Origin: a virus
Lineage: Duplodnaviria; Caudoviricetes
Direction: 5' to 3' (one strand)
Virus record (IMG/VR): IMGVR_UViG_3300031672_000001
Coordinates: 1-60,505 of that record
DNA: 60,505 nucleotides
The position numbers and the translations under genes were made by a program. Numbering within the stretch: position 1 is the stretch's first letter; every line of letters starts with the position of its first letter. Of the stretch, positions 37,691 to 47,086 are shown piece after piece. The notes under the pieces were generated by a model. The model was not told the origin of the DNA, did not search any database, and was given only the letters and a program-made list of their open reading frames with translations.

Positions 37691-38739
37691 GTTCCCGCCA
37701 TCCCCTCGATCACGTCCAACCACCGCCGAGCACACTTGCCCCAGTTGAACTCTTGTGCGACGAACTCAGCGCCTGCTAAGCCCCTCGCGTTCGCCGCCTG
37801 CCTATCCTCAAATACCTCGCGCATCCTGCGCCTGAGATCGGCGACGCTCGGCCGTGCGAAGTTGCCGATTGGCTGGTGCCCGGCGACGTTCGCGTCGTAG
37901 CTCGAACACGATGGTGGCGCCGGCTCCAAGCACTCAACCTCGACCGGGTAGCTGTAGGACTCGTCCGCGATCTCTTGCAGGCCGCCCCAGTCCGTCAGGA
38001 TCGTCGGGAGGCCGGTAGCCATCGCCTCGCGCGGGGTGAGACCGGACGCCTCACCACGGGACGGCGCAAGGAAACAGTCCGCCGTGCCGTAGAGTTCGCG
38101 CATCTCCTCCCGCGTGGCGTCTCCGGCGATCACTCGGATGCGGGGATCGTCGAGTCGCTCATCTCCCACGTCGAGGAAGTTCCGGCGCGTCTTGAGGATC
38201 AGCCGTACATCCTCGCTGCCGAACTCCTCACGGAAGGCTCGAACCGCGAACTCCGCACCCTTGCGGTAATGCAGCATTCCAGTCATCAAGAACGTGAACG
38301 GACCCTCGTGCTCTCGCTCCACGGGTCGGTAGAAGTCGATATCGACTCCGAGCGGCACGACCTTGACCGGCACGTCTAGCTTCGCCTGGAATGCTTCGCG
38401 GCAATGCTCTGACGGGACGATGATCCCGTTCGTCGCGTTGCAGCACGGTATCCAGAACGGTGGGATCGAATCCGTCTCGAACATGGTCGAGCCGAGCGTG
38501 ACCCGAGAGCGGAAGCGCGTAAAAGCGAAGGGAAGGAAGTGGACGATCACCGTGTCTCGGGTGATCTGCGGTGCTTGAAGATCGAGCAGCTTGGGATCGG
38601 TGTAACGCGGGTCCTGCCAATCGTGTGAGATGAACTCGACGTCTGCGCCCAACTCAGTTGCAGCGAGCACCATCCGCTCGGCGCTGACTCCGTAGCCATC
38701 GGCGGATGCGAGGGGAGCCACCACTGAGAATGGCCTCAT
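37687..38739 (-). CDS. GT4 glycosyltransferase
   Basis: TMFET, RKG, PSRGEASGLTPREAMATGLP. Confidence 0.92.
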   Translation of the reverse strand: MRPFSVVAPLASADGYGVSAERMVLAATELGADVEFISHDWQDPRYTDPKLLDLQAPQITRDTVIVHFLPFAFTRFRSRVTLGSTMFETDSIPPFWIPCCNATNGIIVPSEHCREAFQAKLDVPVKVVPLGVDIDFYRPVEREHEGPFTFLMTGMLHYRKGAEFAVRAFREEFGSEDVRLILKTRRNFLDVGDERLDDPRIRVIAGDATREEMRELYGTADCFLAPSRGEASGLTPREAMATGLPTILTDWGGLQEIADESYSYPVEVECLEPAPPSCSSYDANVAGHQPIGNFARPSVADLRRRMREVFEDRQAANARGLAGAEFVAQEFNWGKCARRWLDVIEGMAGT

Positions 38740-39509
38740 ACACAAGCCTTCAGACGACCGTCTCCGCAAGGGGCAGGATCGTTGTGCGCGGACGTGATAA
38801 GCGCCTGCTCATCCATGTAGTGAGTCGCGTACAGGTCCGTGTCCCACAGACACTCGTATCCGAGCCGATCAAGGTCCTGAGCGAACCCCATATCCTCGCC
38901 GCATTCGTGAAAGGCATACTTCGCCGTCTCGACCACTTGCCGACGCATCGCCACGGCAGCCATCGGAATGTCTATCGGGATGACGCCGTGCGCCTCCTTG
39001 GCTGTCGCGCGCCGCCAAGCTCGGTCAGGACTGCCGGGCTCTCCGCCGGCCCACCAGCCCGCATTGAAACACTCGGATGCTGCGCCAGTCGGATGGAGGT
39101 ACGTGAGCGGTGCCGCAACTGGTGCCCGCTCAAGCAGCTCAAGCAGACGCTCTATCGTGGTGGGATCTTCGAGCATCAGATCCGTGTCGAGCGAGATGAA
39201 CACGTCCGGATCGCGCTTCTGCACCATTTGGAGCAGTCGGTTACGTCGCCAAGCGAAATCGCCGTACACGAACCTCGTCTCTACACTGGCACGCTCCATC
39301 CTCGGCACGTAGCGGGTCTGGTCGATCGCGTAGGAGAGCTTCGCTTGCGGCACATGGTCATGGATGATCTGCCGTGATTGATCGTCGCCCACCTCACCGA
39401 TGACAAAGACGAACTCGTCCGGCACGCGGGTCTGAGAGTAGATGCACTGAAACCACTTTGGGAGCGACCAAGCTCGCGCCGCCACGGGTGCTCCGACGAC
39501 GACCTTCAT
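38736..39509 (-). CDS. GT-A fold glycosyltransferase
   Basis: RN...ISLDTD (DxD)...GEDMGF...THY. Confidence 0.8.
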   Translation of the reverse strand: MKVVVGAPVAARAWSLPKWFQCIYSQTRVPDEFVFVIGEVGDDQSRQIIHDHVPQAKLSYAIDQTRYVPRMERASVETRFVYGDFAWRRNRLLQMVQKRDPDVFISLDTDLMLEDPTTIERLLELLERAPVAAPLTYLHPTGAASECFNAGWWAGGEPGSPDRAWRRATAKEAHGVIPIDIPMAAVAMRRQVVETAKYAFHECGEDMGFAQDLDRLGYECLWDTDLYATHYMDEQALITSAHNDPAPCGDGRLKACV

Positions 39510-40213
39510 CAGCGGAGAGGCTCGTAACCGGCGATGTTGAGCCCTTCGGATTCCGAGACGAACGCTTCTTCCTTCTCCGCCCCGCGCGAGTAGTACGCGA
39601 GTCGGTCGGCCTCGGCTCGCGCTTCGAGTTCCTTGGCTTGCGTCGCATAGGACTTTGCGAGGTCTGAGAAGTTGATGCCCGTGTCGCCGGCCTTCTGGTC
39701 AGCGATGTTCGCGGTGCGCATCAACGCGCGTAGGGACAGGGCCGAGGCGTACCGTGTCAGAGCGCCAGTGAGACCGTCGGGAACTTCAGCGACCGCATCG
39801 AACTCTCGCAGCCACCGTCGGGATTCTTCTACGAACTGGTCGATCTCACCATCACTCAGATACTGCCATGCGTAGCTCACGAGCAGTTCTTTGACGGGCG
39901 CGTGCGCCAACGTGAAGTTGCCGTAGGCGTCCACGTCCTTGGTTGGCGATGTCGGGGTCCACGCGCCGTCTACGAACGCGACAAGCGTTGCGGGGACCGC
40001 TGTGACCGTCATGTGCTCCTGTGTCGGCACGAGGTCATAGCGGACCTGGAAGACGGTCTGCGTAGGCGTTGCCGCTATGGACACCTGATCCGTGAGCGGT
40101 TCGAGACGGACCATGTTAAACGGGACGGGTGTCGCGTCGAGCGTGCTCAGGCCGTCGCGTATCTGGTGGCGAACCGCATTGCGGGCGGTGAGGACTGTCG
40201 CGTTTTCTGGCAT
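39509..40213 (-). CDS. head-tail adaptor-like protein
   Basis: VRHQIRD...LSDGEIDQF; synteny. Confidence 0.55.
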   Translation of the reverse strand: MPENATVLTARNAVRHQIRDGLSTLDATPVPFNMVRLEPLTDQVSIAATPTQTVFQVRYDLVPTQEHMTVTAVPATLVAFVDGAWTPTSPTKDVDAYGNFTLAHAPVKELLVSYAWQYLSDGEIDQFVEESRRWLREFDAVAEVPDGLTGALTRYASALSLRALMRTANIADQKAGDTGINFSDLAKSYATQAKELEARAEADRLAYYSRGAEKEEAFVSESEGLNIAGYEPLR

Positions 40214-40292
40214 CGGCTCACCTACCTTTCACGCAAAGGGGCAGCCCCGGAGCAGCATCCTCGCGGCTCCAGCCAGATCGAGTGTGGTCGCA

Positions 40293-42194
40293 TCACAGCC
40301 ACCCGATGACGAGCATCGGAGCACCGGCTGCTTGATCGGAAAGAGTAGTGGCAAAGGTGGCCGGTAGTGTAGTTATTGAACCGATGTATTGAGATTGAGT
40401 AGCGAGGGTAAAGGCATCAGACAAGCTACCATTCGCGAGCCACGGGTTCCTTACGGTAGTTCCGTGAGCACTGATTTGTGCCGCCGTGGTGGCACTCTTA
40501 TCAAGGTAAGCGAGCCAATAGAGCCCAGGGACAAGCGCCAGCGGAGTGCTAAGTTCTCCCGTGACAATCCCGGTCGATGTATTGCTGACACTTACCGATC
40601 CCAAAAGCTTACCCGCGTTACCTAGACCATTGTCTGAGTAAATACCAAGTTCGGCGGTCCCGTTACCGACCGTCGAAACGGAAATGGACAGTGACTTGAT
40701 GCTCCCCCCATTCACCAGGGAGAAGGGTATAACGTGTGCGTCTTTTGTCGCGAAGGTGACGCCAATAAGCGCCCCCAGGGCTATCTGGCTGTACCGTCCG
40801 GAGTGGGCTGAAACTCCGTAGCCGTATCCTGTACTAGGTTGTCTTACGTCGGAGCATTCGACGAGTGTCATCCCAAGCTGGCTTAGATCGACATGAGCGC
40901 ATTTGGTCAGCACTCCGAGAGAGCCCAAGGTGCCGGCCCCATAACTCTCGTTGATACCTATTGACAGACCGTTGACTCCCGTGACGACAATAGGAGTAGT
41001 CACAGAGTTGTCGATTTGATTCCCCGCTATTATCACCCTGGAGAAGGAGCCCGCCGCACCTGCAACCACCACATTTACCCCGGCAGTTGCGCTATCGGTC
41101 CCCATCTGATTACCAATAATCTGAAGGCGCTGCAACGTACCGTTTGTGAGTTCACCGCTCTGTTTAACATTGACCGCCGCCGTGGCGAAACCCTCCAGCG
41201 AGTTATTAGAGATCAAATAATCGAGTCCTCCCACACCATCCGGCACAGCAATATCAATGCAGTAAGATCCTGTGGCATTCGCCAGCATCTTACATGAGGA
41301 GATCTTGATGCCTTGGGCTCCGCCTTCAATGCGGGTAACGGCGCCGGTAGGCACCCTAGCCGATCCGGCACCAGTGAACCCGTTCCCGAGAACCGCCCCA
41401 AGGAGGGTAAAGTCTCCGGAGTTCCCGCCTATCCGCAAACAGTTGGCGACAGCATTGACCGCAGCGGTACGGGAACTCATGGACCAGTCGCTACCATTCT
41501 GAATGTCGAAGTTTCGATAGAACCCCTTGACCGCTATGTCGTAGCGACAGCCGCTCCCCCCGGAACTGACCAGAACACCCGCCCCGGCGGTGGGGGTAGT
41601 AGCGGTGCACTCAAGAGCGAAGTCATCTAGAGTCACCCCGCTAGAGGTAATTGTGACTGGCGTCGCCGTCCCAGAAGTACAGATGACATGGGTCGGGGGA
41701 GCCGTCGCGGACCAAGCAGGATCGGGTAGGCCAGTGCCCGCGATCTTACACGGCTTGTTGATGGTGATCCCATTGGTCCAGTCGAAGGGGACCGAACCCG
41801 TTGCTGGCAGCAAGATCATCCCACCCGTCGCAGGGAGAGCAGCCAAAGCAGAGGCGAAGTTGGCACAGTCCGTGGCGGAACTACCGGAGGGGGCAGAAAT
41901 GCTGGTTATCACACCAAGCACGCTCGTGGGCTTTAGCTTCCCGCTCGATCCCTGATAGGCGAGATAGTTGCCATCGACGATGCCCGTCGAGTCGATATCC
42001 TTGGGGCTCGCGCTACTATCGCTTACCACCGAGAGCGGAACTTGCGATGCGGTCAAGTGGGATTCGCTGTCGAGACTCGCCACACCGCTCGCGGCACCCT
42101 TTTCGGATTGTGCTATGTACGGTCCAACCGGCGACGGAGGGCCGACTTGCAGCGCTGACGGTTGACTGATCGTTATGCCGAGAGGTTCGTTCAT
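40293..42194 (-). CDS. fibre/spike protein with right-handed beta-helix (depolymerase-like)
   Basis: EKGAASGVASLD fibre motif; pectate-lyase-like start (ANFASALAAL..GG.I.LP); repeated I.GN strands. Confidence 0.75.
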   Translation of the reverse strand: MNEPLGITISQPSALQVGPPSPVGPYIAQSEKGAASGVASLDSESHLTASQVPLSVVSDSSASPKDIDSTGIVDGNYLAYQGSSGKLKPTSVLGVITSISAPSGSSATDCANFASALAALPATGGMILLPATGSVPFDWTNGITINKPCKIAGTGLPDPAWSATAPPTHVICTSGTATPVTITSSGVTLDDFALECTATTPTAGAGVLVSSGGSGCRYDIAVKGFYRNFDIQNGSDWSMSSRTAAVNAVANCLRIGGNSGDFTLLGAVLGNGFTGAGSARVPTGAVTRIEGGAQGIKISSCKMLANATGSYCIDIAVPDGVGGLDYLISNNSLEGFATAAVNVKQSGELTNGTLQRLQIIGNQMGTDSATAGVNVVVAGAAGSFSRVIIAGNQIDNSVTTPIVVTGVNGLSIGINESYGAGTLGSLGVLTKCAHVDLSQLGMTLVECSDVRQPSTGYGYGVSAHSGRYSQIALGALIGVTFATKDAHVIPFSLVNGGSIKSLSISVSTVGNGTAELGIYSDNGLGNAGKLLGSVSVSNTSTGIVTGELSTPLALVPGLYWLAYLDKSATTAAQISAHGTTVRNPWLANGSLSDAFTLATQSQYIGSITTLPATFATTLSDQAAGAPMLVIGWL

Positions 42195-42517
42195 GGGAGC
42201 TTGTATTCCATCGTGCCGTCCAACGGGAACCACGTCACGCCAGTCTTCGTGATGCTCAGGAAGTAGTGCGCGTTGGTGCCGGCTTGAACTTCGGCGGTCT
42301 GCGCTGGGGTCATCGTGATTTCTATCTTGCCTTCGGCCACCGTGACTGTCAGGCCGCTGCCGCTCGTGAGCGTGAGGACGCCTTCGATCTTGAGTTCGAC
42401 CGTGTAACCCGTCAAGTTGAAATGTTTCGTGTGCGCCGCGTCTTCCCACAGTTCGATAGTGCGTTCAAACGTGCCACCGACATAGACGACGAGCGGTTCG
42501 TGTGCCGGCGTCAACAT
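42191..42517 (-). CDS. small Ig-like fibre-associated protein
   Basis: GGTF...NLTGYTV...ITMTPAQT. Confidence 0.65.
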   Translation of the reverse strand: MLTPAHEPLVVYVGGTFERTIELWEDAAHTKHFNLTGYTVELKIEGVLTLTSGSGLTVTVAEGKIEITMTPAQTAEVQAGTNAHYFLSITKTGVTWFPLDGTMEYKLP

Positions 42518-42651
42518 TTAGCGATCTCCTTGCAACGCGGACACACCGGACCACCGGAGCGGACGAGAGTCGAGCAGATCGCACCGCACAGCGCCTTCAT
42601 CCGGCCCGTAGGCTTGCCGTTCTCCAGGAGCGTGTAGCCAATGTGCTTCAA
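42511..42651 (-). CDS. DUF3039-like small Cys-rich protein (not in the ORF track)
   Basis: TTG coupled to the upstream stop; LKHIG...KALCGAIC...PVCPRCKEIAKC. Confidence 0.6.
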   Translation of the reverse strand: MKHIGYTLLENGKPTGRMKALCGAICSTLVRSGGPVCPRCKEIAKC

Positions 42652-43073
42652 GGCGACACCTTCCGGGTTCGTGGCTTGCGTACCGGCTGGCTCGCCGTGG
42701 TCCTCGGCCTAGACGCCGGCAGACGCACGGGCGCAAGTTGCGAGCGCACACCCTCATCGTCAAAGTTGGTCGGGGCAAGCACGTAGCGCAAGCCCTTCTG
42801 AGCACAGTACGCGCGCTTCAACTCGATCTCGTGCCTAAAACGCTGTGGATGCTCGATCACGTCCACCACAACGCCCTTCTCGAAGTAGTAGCGCGAGACA
42901 GTCAAACCACCACCACGCATCGAAGACTGATGTACGAGGTCCGCGCGTAGGTCTGGGAAACGGTGACGTGCCGAATACAGTGCGGAACCCACGACAGCGG
43001 AGATCGGGTCCTCGGCTTGGCGTTGTGCGATAGCGAACTCGGCTTCCGCGCGCTCCTTAGTCAACGTGTCCAT
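42648..43073 (-). CDS. hypothetical protein
   Basis: 141-aa ORF with RBS. Confidence 0.6.
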   Translation of the reverse strand: MDTLTKERAEAEFAIAQRQAEDPISAVVGSALYSARHRFPDLRADLVHQSSMRGGGLTVSRYYFEKGVVVDVIEHPQRFRHEIELKRAYCAQKGLRYVLAPTNFDDEGVRSQLAPVRLPASRPRTTASQPVRKPRTRKVSP

Positions 43074-43075
43074 GC

Positions 43076-43471
43076 CTAGCCTCCAACGATTCGAGCAGTA
43101 CCCGGATCGGGCACGGCCGTGTAATCCTGGCCTTCATGGTCAGGTGATGCTCTGAGCGCGTCTATCTGCTCGCGGTACTTCGCCAGCAAGCGTTGGAGAA
43201 CACCGATCTCGACATCGGAAAGCAGGTAGCCGTCTTGGATCGAAGCGGCGATACCTTCGATCTGCGAGTTCTCCAAGTTCGGTGTACCGTTCCCGCGCTC
43301 CTGGGCGAGCACGCTGTAGAGGTCCGTCACATCCGCGTACGTCGAAGCGTCCTCGAAGTACACCTGCGGCTGTCCGGGTGCGCCGTAAGTACCCTCGCGG
43401 ACACGGCCGAGCACACCCTGTAGATCACCCTTACACCAGTCGTCTGTAGCGCGCAGCTCGCTTAGATCCAT
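43076..43471 (-). CDS. hypothetical protein
   Basis: AGGAGG RBS. Confidence 0.65.
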   Translation of the reverse strand: MDLSELRATDDWCKGDLQGVLGRVREGTYGAPGQPQVYFEDASTYADVTDLYSVLAQERGNGTPNLENSQIEGIAASIQDGYLLSDVEIGVLQRLLAKYREQIDALRASPDHEGQDYTAVPDPGTARIVGG

Positions 43472-43487
43472 CGGGCCTCCTAACGCG

Positions 43488-43522
43488 GATGGGACCGCCA
43501 GCGCAAAGCCAGCGGCCCCATC
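43488..43522 (-). terminator. hairpin after the major capsid gene
   Basis: GATGGG.CCGC...GCGG.CCCATC inverted repeat. Confidence 0.5.
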
Positions 43523-43528
43523 GGTCTC

Positions 43529-44668
43529 TCAGTTGCCCCGCCAAGCGAAGCGACTGTCGATCATCTGCGTCGCAAAACGCCGACGAACCCTGTAGCGGTA
43601 CTCGTCCAGCTCGAACGATGTACCCGCCGTCGGGTTCTCCTGGACGATCTCCAGACCCTCACGGTCCTGGAAGACCACGCTCTTCTTGGTCTCCATCAGG
43701 AACCATGCGCCGTGGGAATCGTCGAGGCCAGGACCCTTCAGTCCTGGACCACCCAGCTTCGTGGTTGAACCCGGCAGGAAGCGCGACACCTTCGCGGTGT
43801 ACTCACCCTGCAACGGGTTGATCGTCATCGTCCAGCCCGTCCCACCCGATGAGGCGGTGTTCACGGTCTGACCAGCCGCACCGGGAACAGACGGCTGGAG
43901 CGTCGAGTTGAGCAGCTTCAGCACGTTGAACTTGTCCGAGGGCGATACGAGCACCGTGTCGGGCATGACCAGCATGAAGTTGCCGAGCGGGTCCACCATG
44001 TTCTGGAGACCCACATCGCCTTCTTCCAAGCCACTCTGAGACAGGCCACCCGGAGCCGAAGGCGTATTGCCGATGGCTGTCGTGTAGCCGGTCGTTGCGA
44101 CTTTGCCGAACGTGTCAGCCGCTTCGACGATCGCGATCATCACCTGTAGCTCTTCGATGTAGCGCATGAGCTGGCCGAGGTTCGCGGCACGCTGGGAGAT
44201 CTGTCCCGTCATGTCATCGTCCACCAGTTCCCGCTGGAAGGCCAAGAGACGACCCCACTTGCGGTTACGGACGTGGACGTCCAGTCCGACGATACGACTG
44301 TCGGGGAACGGTTCGCCCGGAAGCACTTCTTCGGGGAGCTCCGAGTTGTACAGCGGCGCGTAGAGCTCCTCGTACTTGTTCGAGCTCGTCACTCGCACCA
44401 AGTCCTGGAAGATCGTCGGCACCGTCTGGTAGGCGTCGAACATGAACTGTTGGACGCCCGCGCGCAGGAGTTGAGGGAAGCTCGACTCTGCGACGGCCTC
44501 GCGCATCTTTCCGACAAGAGACTCGCGGAGCTTCAGGACGGAGAAGTCTGGGTCCTGCCAGTCGATCTGCTCATACGGATCGACTTTGCAGGCTTTCACA
44601 CAGCTCTGTCGTGTGCTCTCGCGGACCTTCTCGATGCGCTTGGCCTGAATGGTTCTCAGGTCCATCAT
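43529..44668 (-). CDS. major capsid protein (Mu gpT-like, HK97 fold)
   Basis: KWGRLLAFQRELVDDD...PDTVLVSP...AWFL...DSRFAWRG. Confidence 0.88.
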   Translation of the reverse strand: MMDLRTIQAKRIEKVRESTRQSCVKACKVDPYEQIDWQDPDFSVLKLRESLVGKMREAVAESSFPQLLRAGVQQFMFDAYQTVPTIFQDLVRVTSSNKYEELYAPLYNSELPEEVLPGEPFPDSRIVGLDVHVRNRKWGRLLAFQRELVDDDMTGQISQRAANLGQLMRYIEELQVMIAIVEAADTFGKVATTGYTTAIGNTPSAPGGLSQSGLEEGDVGLQNMVDPLGNFMLVMPDTVLVSPSDKFNVLKLLNSTLQPSVPGAAGQTVNTASSGGTGWTMTINPLQGEYTAKVSRFLPGSTTKLGGPGLKGPGLDDSHGAWFLMETKKSVVFQDREGLEIVQENPTAGTSFELDEYRYRVRRRFATQMIDSRFAWRGN

Positions 44669-44695
44669 TAGGTTCTCACTTTCCTTTCAGGCCGT

Positions 44696-45211
44696 CTAGA
44701 CGAACTTGGACGGGAACTTGGGCTCGAGCCACACACGCGCATACGTGCCTGCGGCTCCGGTCAGCTTCTCGCCGACAGGCGTAGAGCCCGCAGCGCCTTT
44801 CGCGACCTGTGGCGGATCGGTTATGACGAACCCGATGCGGTTGGCTTCGGTCACTCCAACGAGAGTGATCGTCTGCGCGTCAGCGCCCACGGTCACTTCC
44901 TGGAAGTCGCCGTAGAACTCGCCGGCGGACGTCTTGAGCTTCACGGCACCCTTACGGGTCACGTTCAGCGCCGCGACGAACTCTTCGCCGTAGACGTTGA
45001 TCGGCGTAGTGCCCTCGCTGATACCGCAGAAGCCTTTGCCAGCTCCTGCTTCCGCGTGAGCAGGGGTGTCGAGGGACTTCAGGGTCCCGTTGACCGAGTC
45101 CCAATACACCAGGTCGCCCTGGTTGATTTTCTGATCGGTCGTGACCGGCAGCGACTTCGGGAAGCGCGGGTCCGCCACGGCCAGATCGAGATTCTGTGGT
45201 GTGGTACTCAT
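44696..45211 (-). CDS. capsid decoration/cement protein
   Basis: INQGDLVY motif; position just before the MCP. Confidence 0.65.
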   Translation of the reverse strand: MSTTPQNLDLAVADPRFPKSLPVTTDQKINQGDLVYWDSVNGTLKSLDTPAHAEAGAGKGFCGISEGTTPINVYGEEFVAALNVTRKGAVKLKTSAGEFYGDFQEVTVGADAQTITLVGVTEANRIGFVITDPPQVAKGAAGSTPVGEKLTGAAGTYARVWLEPKFPSKFV

Positions 45212-45237
45212 GTTCTATCTCCTTGGTCGAAGCGGCT

Positions 45238-46719
45238 CTACGCCGCTGCCTTCTCGGGCTTGGGGACACCAGGACCGAGATCAATGAGACCCTCGCCGGA
45301 GGAGCCGGTTGAGCCCGGCACGCCCTCCACGAAGTCCAGGCCGACGGACTCACGAACCCGTGAGACGATCCGCTCTTCGCGCTGCTTCTCGGCGTCGATG
45401 ACGACCTTCATGGCGGCCTCGTCACGGGCTCCCGACTCGCGGAACTTCGCGAGGAAGAACTCCGTGTCTTCCTCCGGCACTTTGGCCTCGCGCATGACTT
45501 TCATGCCGGAGAGCGCCATGTTCACGTCGGCCTCCTGCTTGCGGGCCTCACGCAGGTCACCCTTGAGCTTCTCGTTCTCGGTCTTCAGGGCCTCGTCGGC
45601 CTCTGCGCTCGTAGCGGGGATCTTGACTTCGGCCTTCGCGGACTCGCGGAGCGTCGCAACCAACGTCGGTGCGGACTCCTGGAGCTTCTCGACGGTCAAC
45701 TGACCGAAGTCGGGCTCGGGTGCATCAACCTCAGTCTTGGCGAGCGTGTCCAGCTCGTCGAGCCCCGCAGTGCGCTTCTCATCGGTGTCAGCCTCGCGGA
45801 GCTTCCTGGCTGACTCCATCATCTTTGCCTTCAGCTCCTTGAGCGTCATGGCACGTCCTTTCGAGTCGATATTGGTGGCTCGCCTAGCGCGAGCCGACTC
45901 CATGAGCCGGCGCACGAACTCGCCGCCAGCTCCAGCATTTGTCACGATGTCCCCACTCGTCGGTCTGACGAGGTCGGCCATCGGACCGAAACTTCCATCG
46001 GGTCGTTCACGGTCATCGCCAGCGGCAGCTCCGTACAATGAGATGCCGACTAGTGGTTTGCCGGTGCGGTTGCCCACAGCGGCCTCAGCCAATGATTCGA
46101 CCCACTCGTAACCCGGTCCCTTGACCGGCTTGAAGATCGCTCTCACCTCCGCACGTCCCGTGGCGGACTCCGCGAGCTTGACGCCCGTGTAGCTGCCTAC
46201 CATGTCGCGGATCGAACGCTCGGGTAGGAACTCTTCCTCGTCGAGGCTTGGATGATCGGCGTATGCCTGCATCCCCTCGCACACGCCGCTTGAGGCGAGC
46301 TCCTGGACAGCGTGCTTCGTGTACCAGCGGCCGTCGTCTGAGTTGCCCAGGCCCTCGCGAATCAAGACGACTTCATAGCCGCCATCCGTGGCTGTCATCG
46401 GCGCGAAGGTGCTGCCCAGTACGTCGGGTTTAGCCTCGCGTAGACGGTTGGTGGTGTCGGCGAGCAGGCCCTCCAGTTCGGAGATCCGCTCGGACTCGCG
46501 GGCCTTCGCTACCGGGATGGTCCCTGCGCCTTTGCAGGTCGGACAGGTCGTGCCGTCGGCCATCAGCCCGCTATCGCACTTGGGACAGTCCTGGGTCGCG
46601 CCATCATCGTCGTAATCGAGGTCAGCGTCGAGTTTGGGTTCGGTGCCATCACGAAGCAGCGGAGCCTCCGAGCTGACGGCGGTCGCCTCGCGCAGGCGCG
46701 ACCATCGAGGTCTGTTCAT
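45238..46719 (-). CDS. prohead protease-scaffold fusion
   Basis: VVLIREG..N..Y, YADHP, GISL, DIVT.AGAGG; coiled-coil C-terminus. Confidence 0.82.
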   Translation of the reverse strand: MNRPRWSRLREATAVSSEAPLLRDGTEPKLDADLDYDDDGATQDCPKCDSGLMADGTTCPTCKGAGTIPVAKARESERISELEGLLADTTNRLREAKPDVLGSTFAPMTATDGGYEVVLIREGLGNSDDGRWYTKHAVQELASSGVCEGMQAYADHPSLDEEEFLPERSIRDMVGSYTGVKLAESATGRAEVRAIFKPVKGPGYEWVESLAEAAVGNRTGKPLVGISLYGAAAGDDRERPDGSFGPMADLVRPTSGDIVTNAGAGGEFVRRLMESARARRATNIDSKGRAMTLKELKAKMMESARKLREADTDEKRTAGLDELDTLAKTEVDAPEPDFGQLTVEKLQESAPTLVATLRESAKAEVKIPATSAEADEALKTENEKLKGDLREARKQEADVNMALSGMKVMREAKVPEEDTEFFLAKFRESGARDEAAMKVVIDAEKQREERIVSRVRESVGLDFVEGVPGSTGSSGEGLIDLGPGVPKPEKAAA

Positions 46720-46745
46720 GTCGTCCTTTCGGATGAGGGTTCTGC

Positions 46746-46875
46746 GGCGCTCAGCCGCCCGCAGGGGGAACTGCGGACGGCGAGCGCCAGCACCGCCGAC
46801 GGCTTACGCGGTCCTCTGTGGGTCCGCTGCGTACGTCGGCTCTCGCGCTGCGAGGCAGGCGGAGCAGCGCGGAGA
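46746..46875. ncRNA. candidate structured RNA (three adjacent hairpins)
   Basis: stems at 46746-46788, 46795-46840 and 46841-46875. Confidence 0.45.
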
Positions 46876-46895
46876 GATCAGGTAGGATTCAGGCT

Positions 46896-47084
46896 ATGGC
46901 TGGCGGCTCGGTACAGGTCAGGATCACGGGTAGCGTGGACTGGGACTCATTCAACCGCTACCAACTACGCCTGCTCGACGAGGTGTACGCGGTGCTCGAC
47001 CGGGAGGGCATAGAGCCAGACGGCGTCTCGCCAGAGGTCCAGCACGAGCAGTTCCTCGGCCGCCACCGCCTCCGCGAGTCGTAG
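46896..47084 (+). CDS. small leaderless gene on the opposite strand
   Basis: TAGGAT 7 nt before the ATG; MAGGSVQVRITG... Confidence 0.5.
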   Translation: MAGGSVQVRITGSVDWDSFNRYQLRLLDEVYAVLDREGIEPDGVSPEVQHEQFLGRHRLRES

Positions 47085-47086
47085 TC

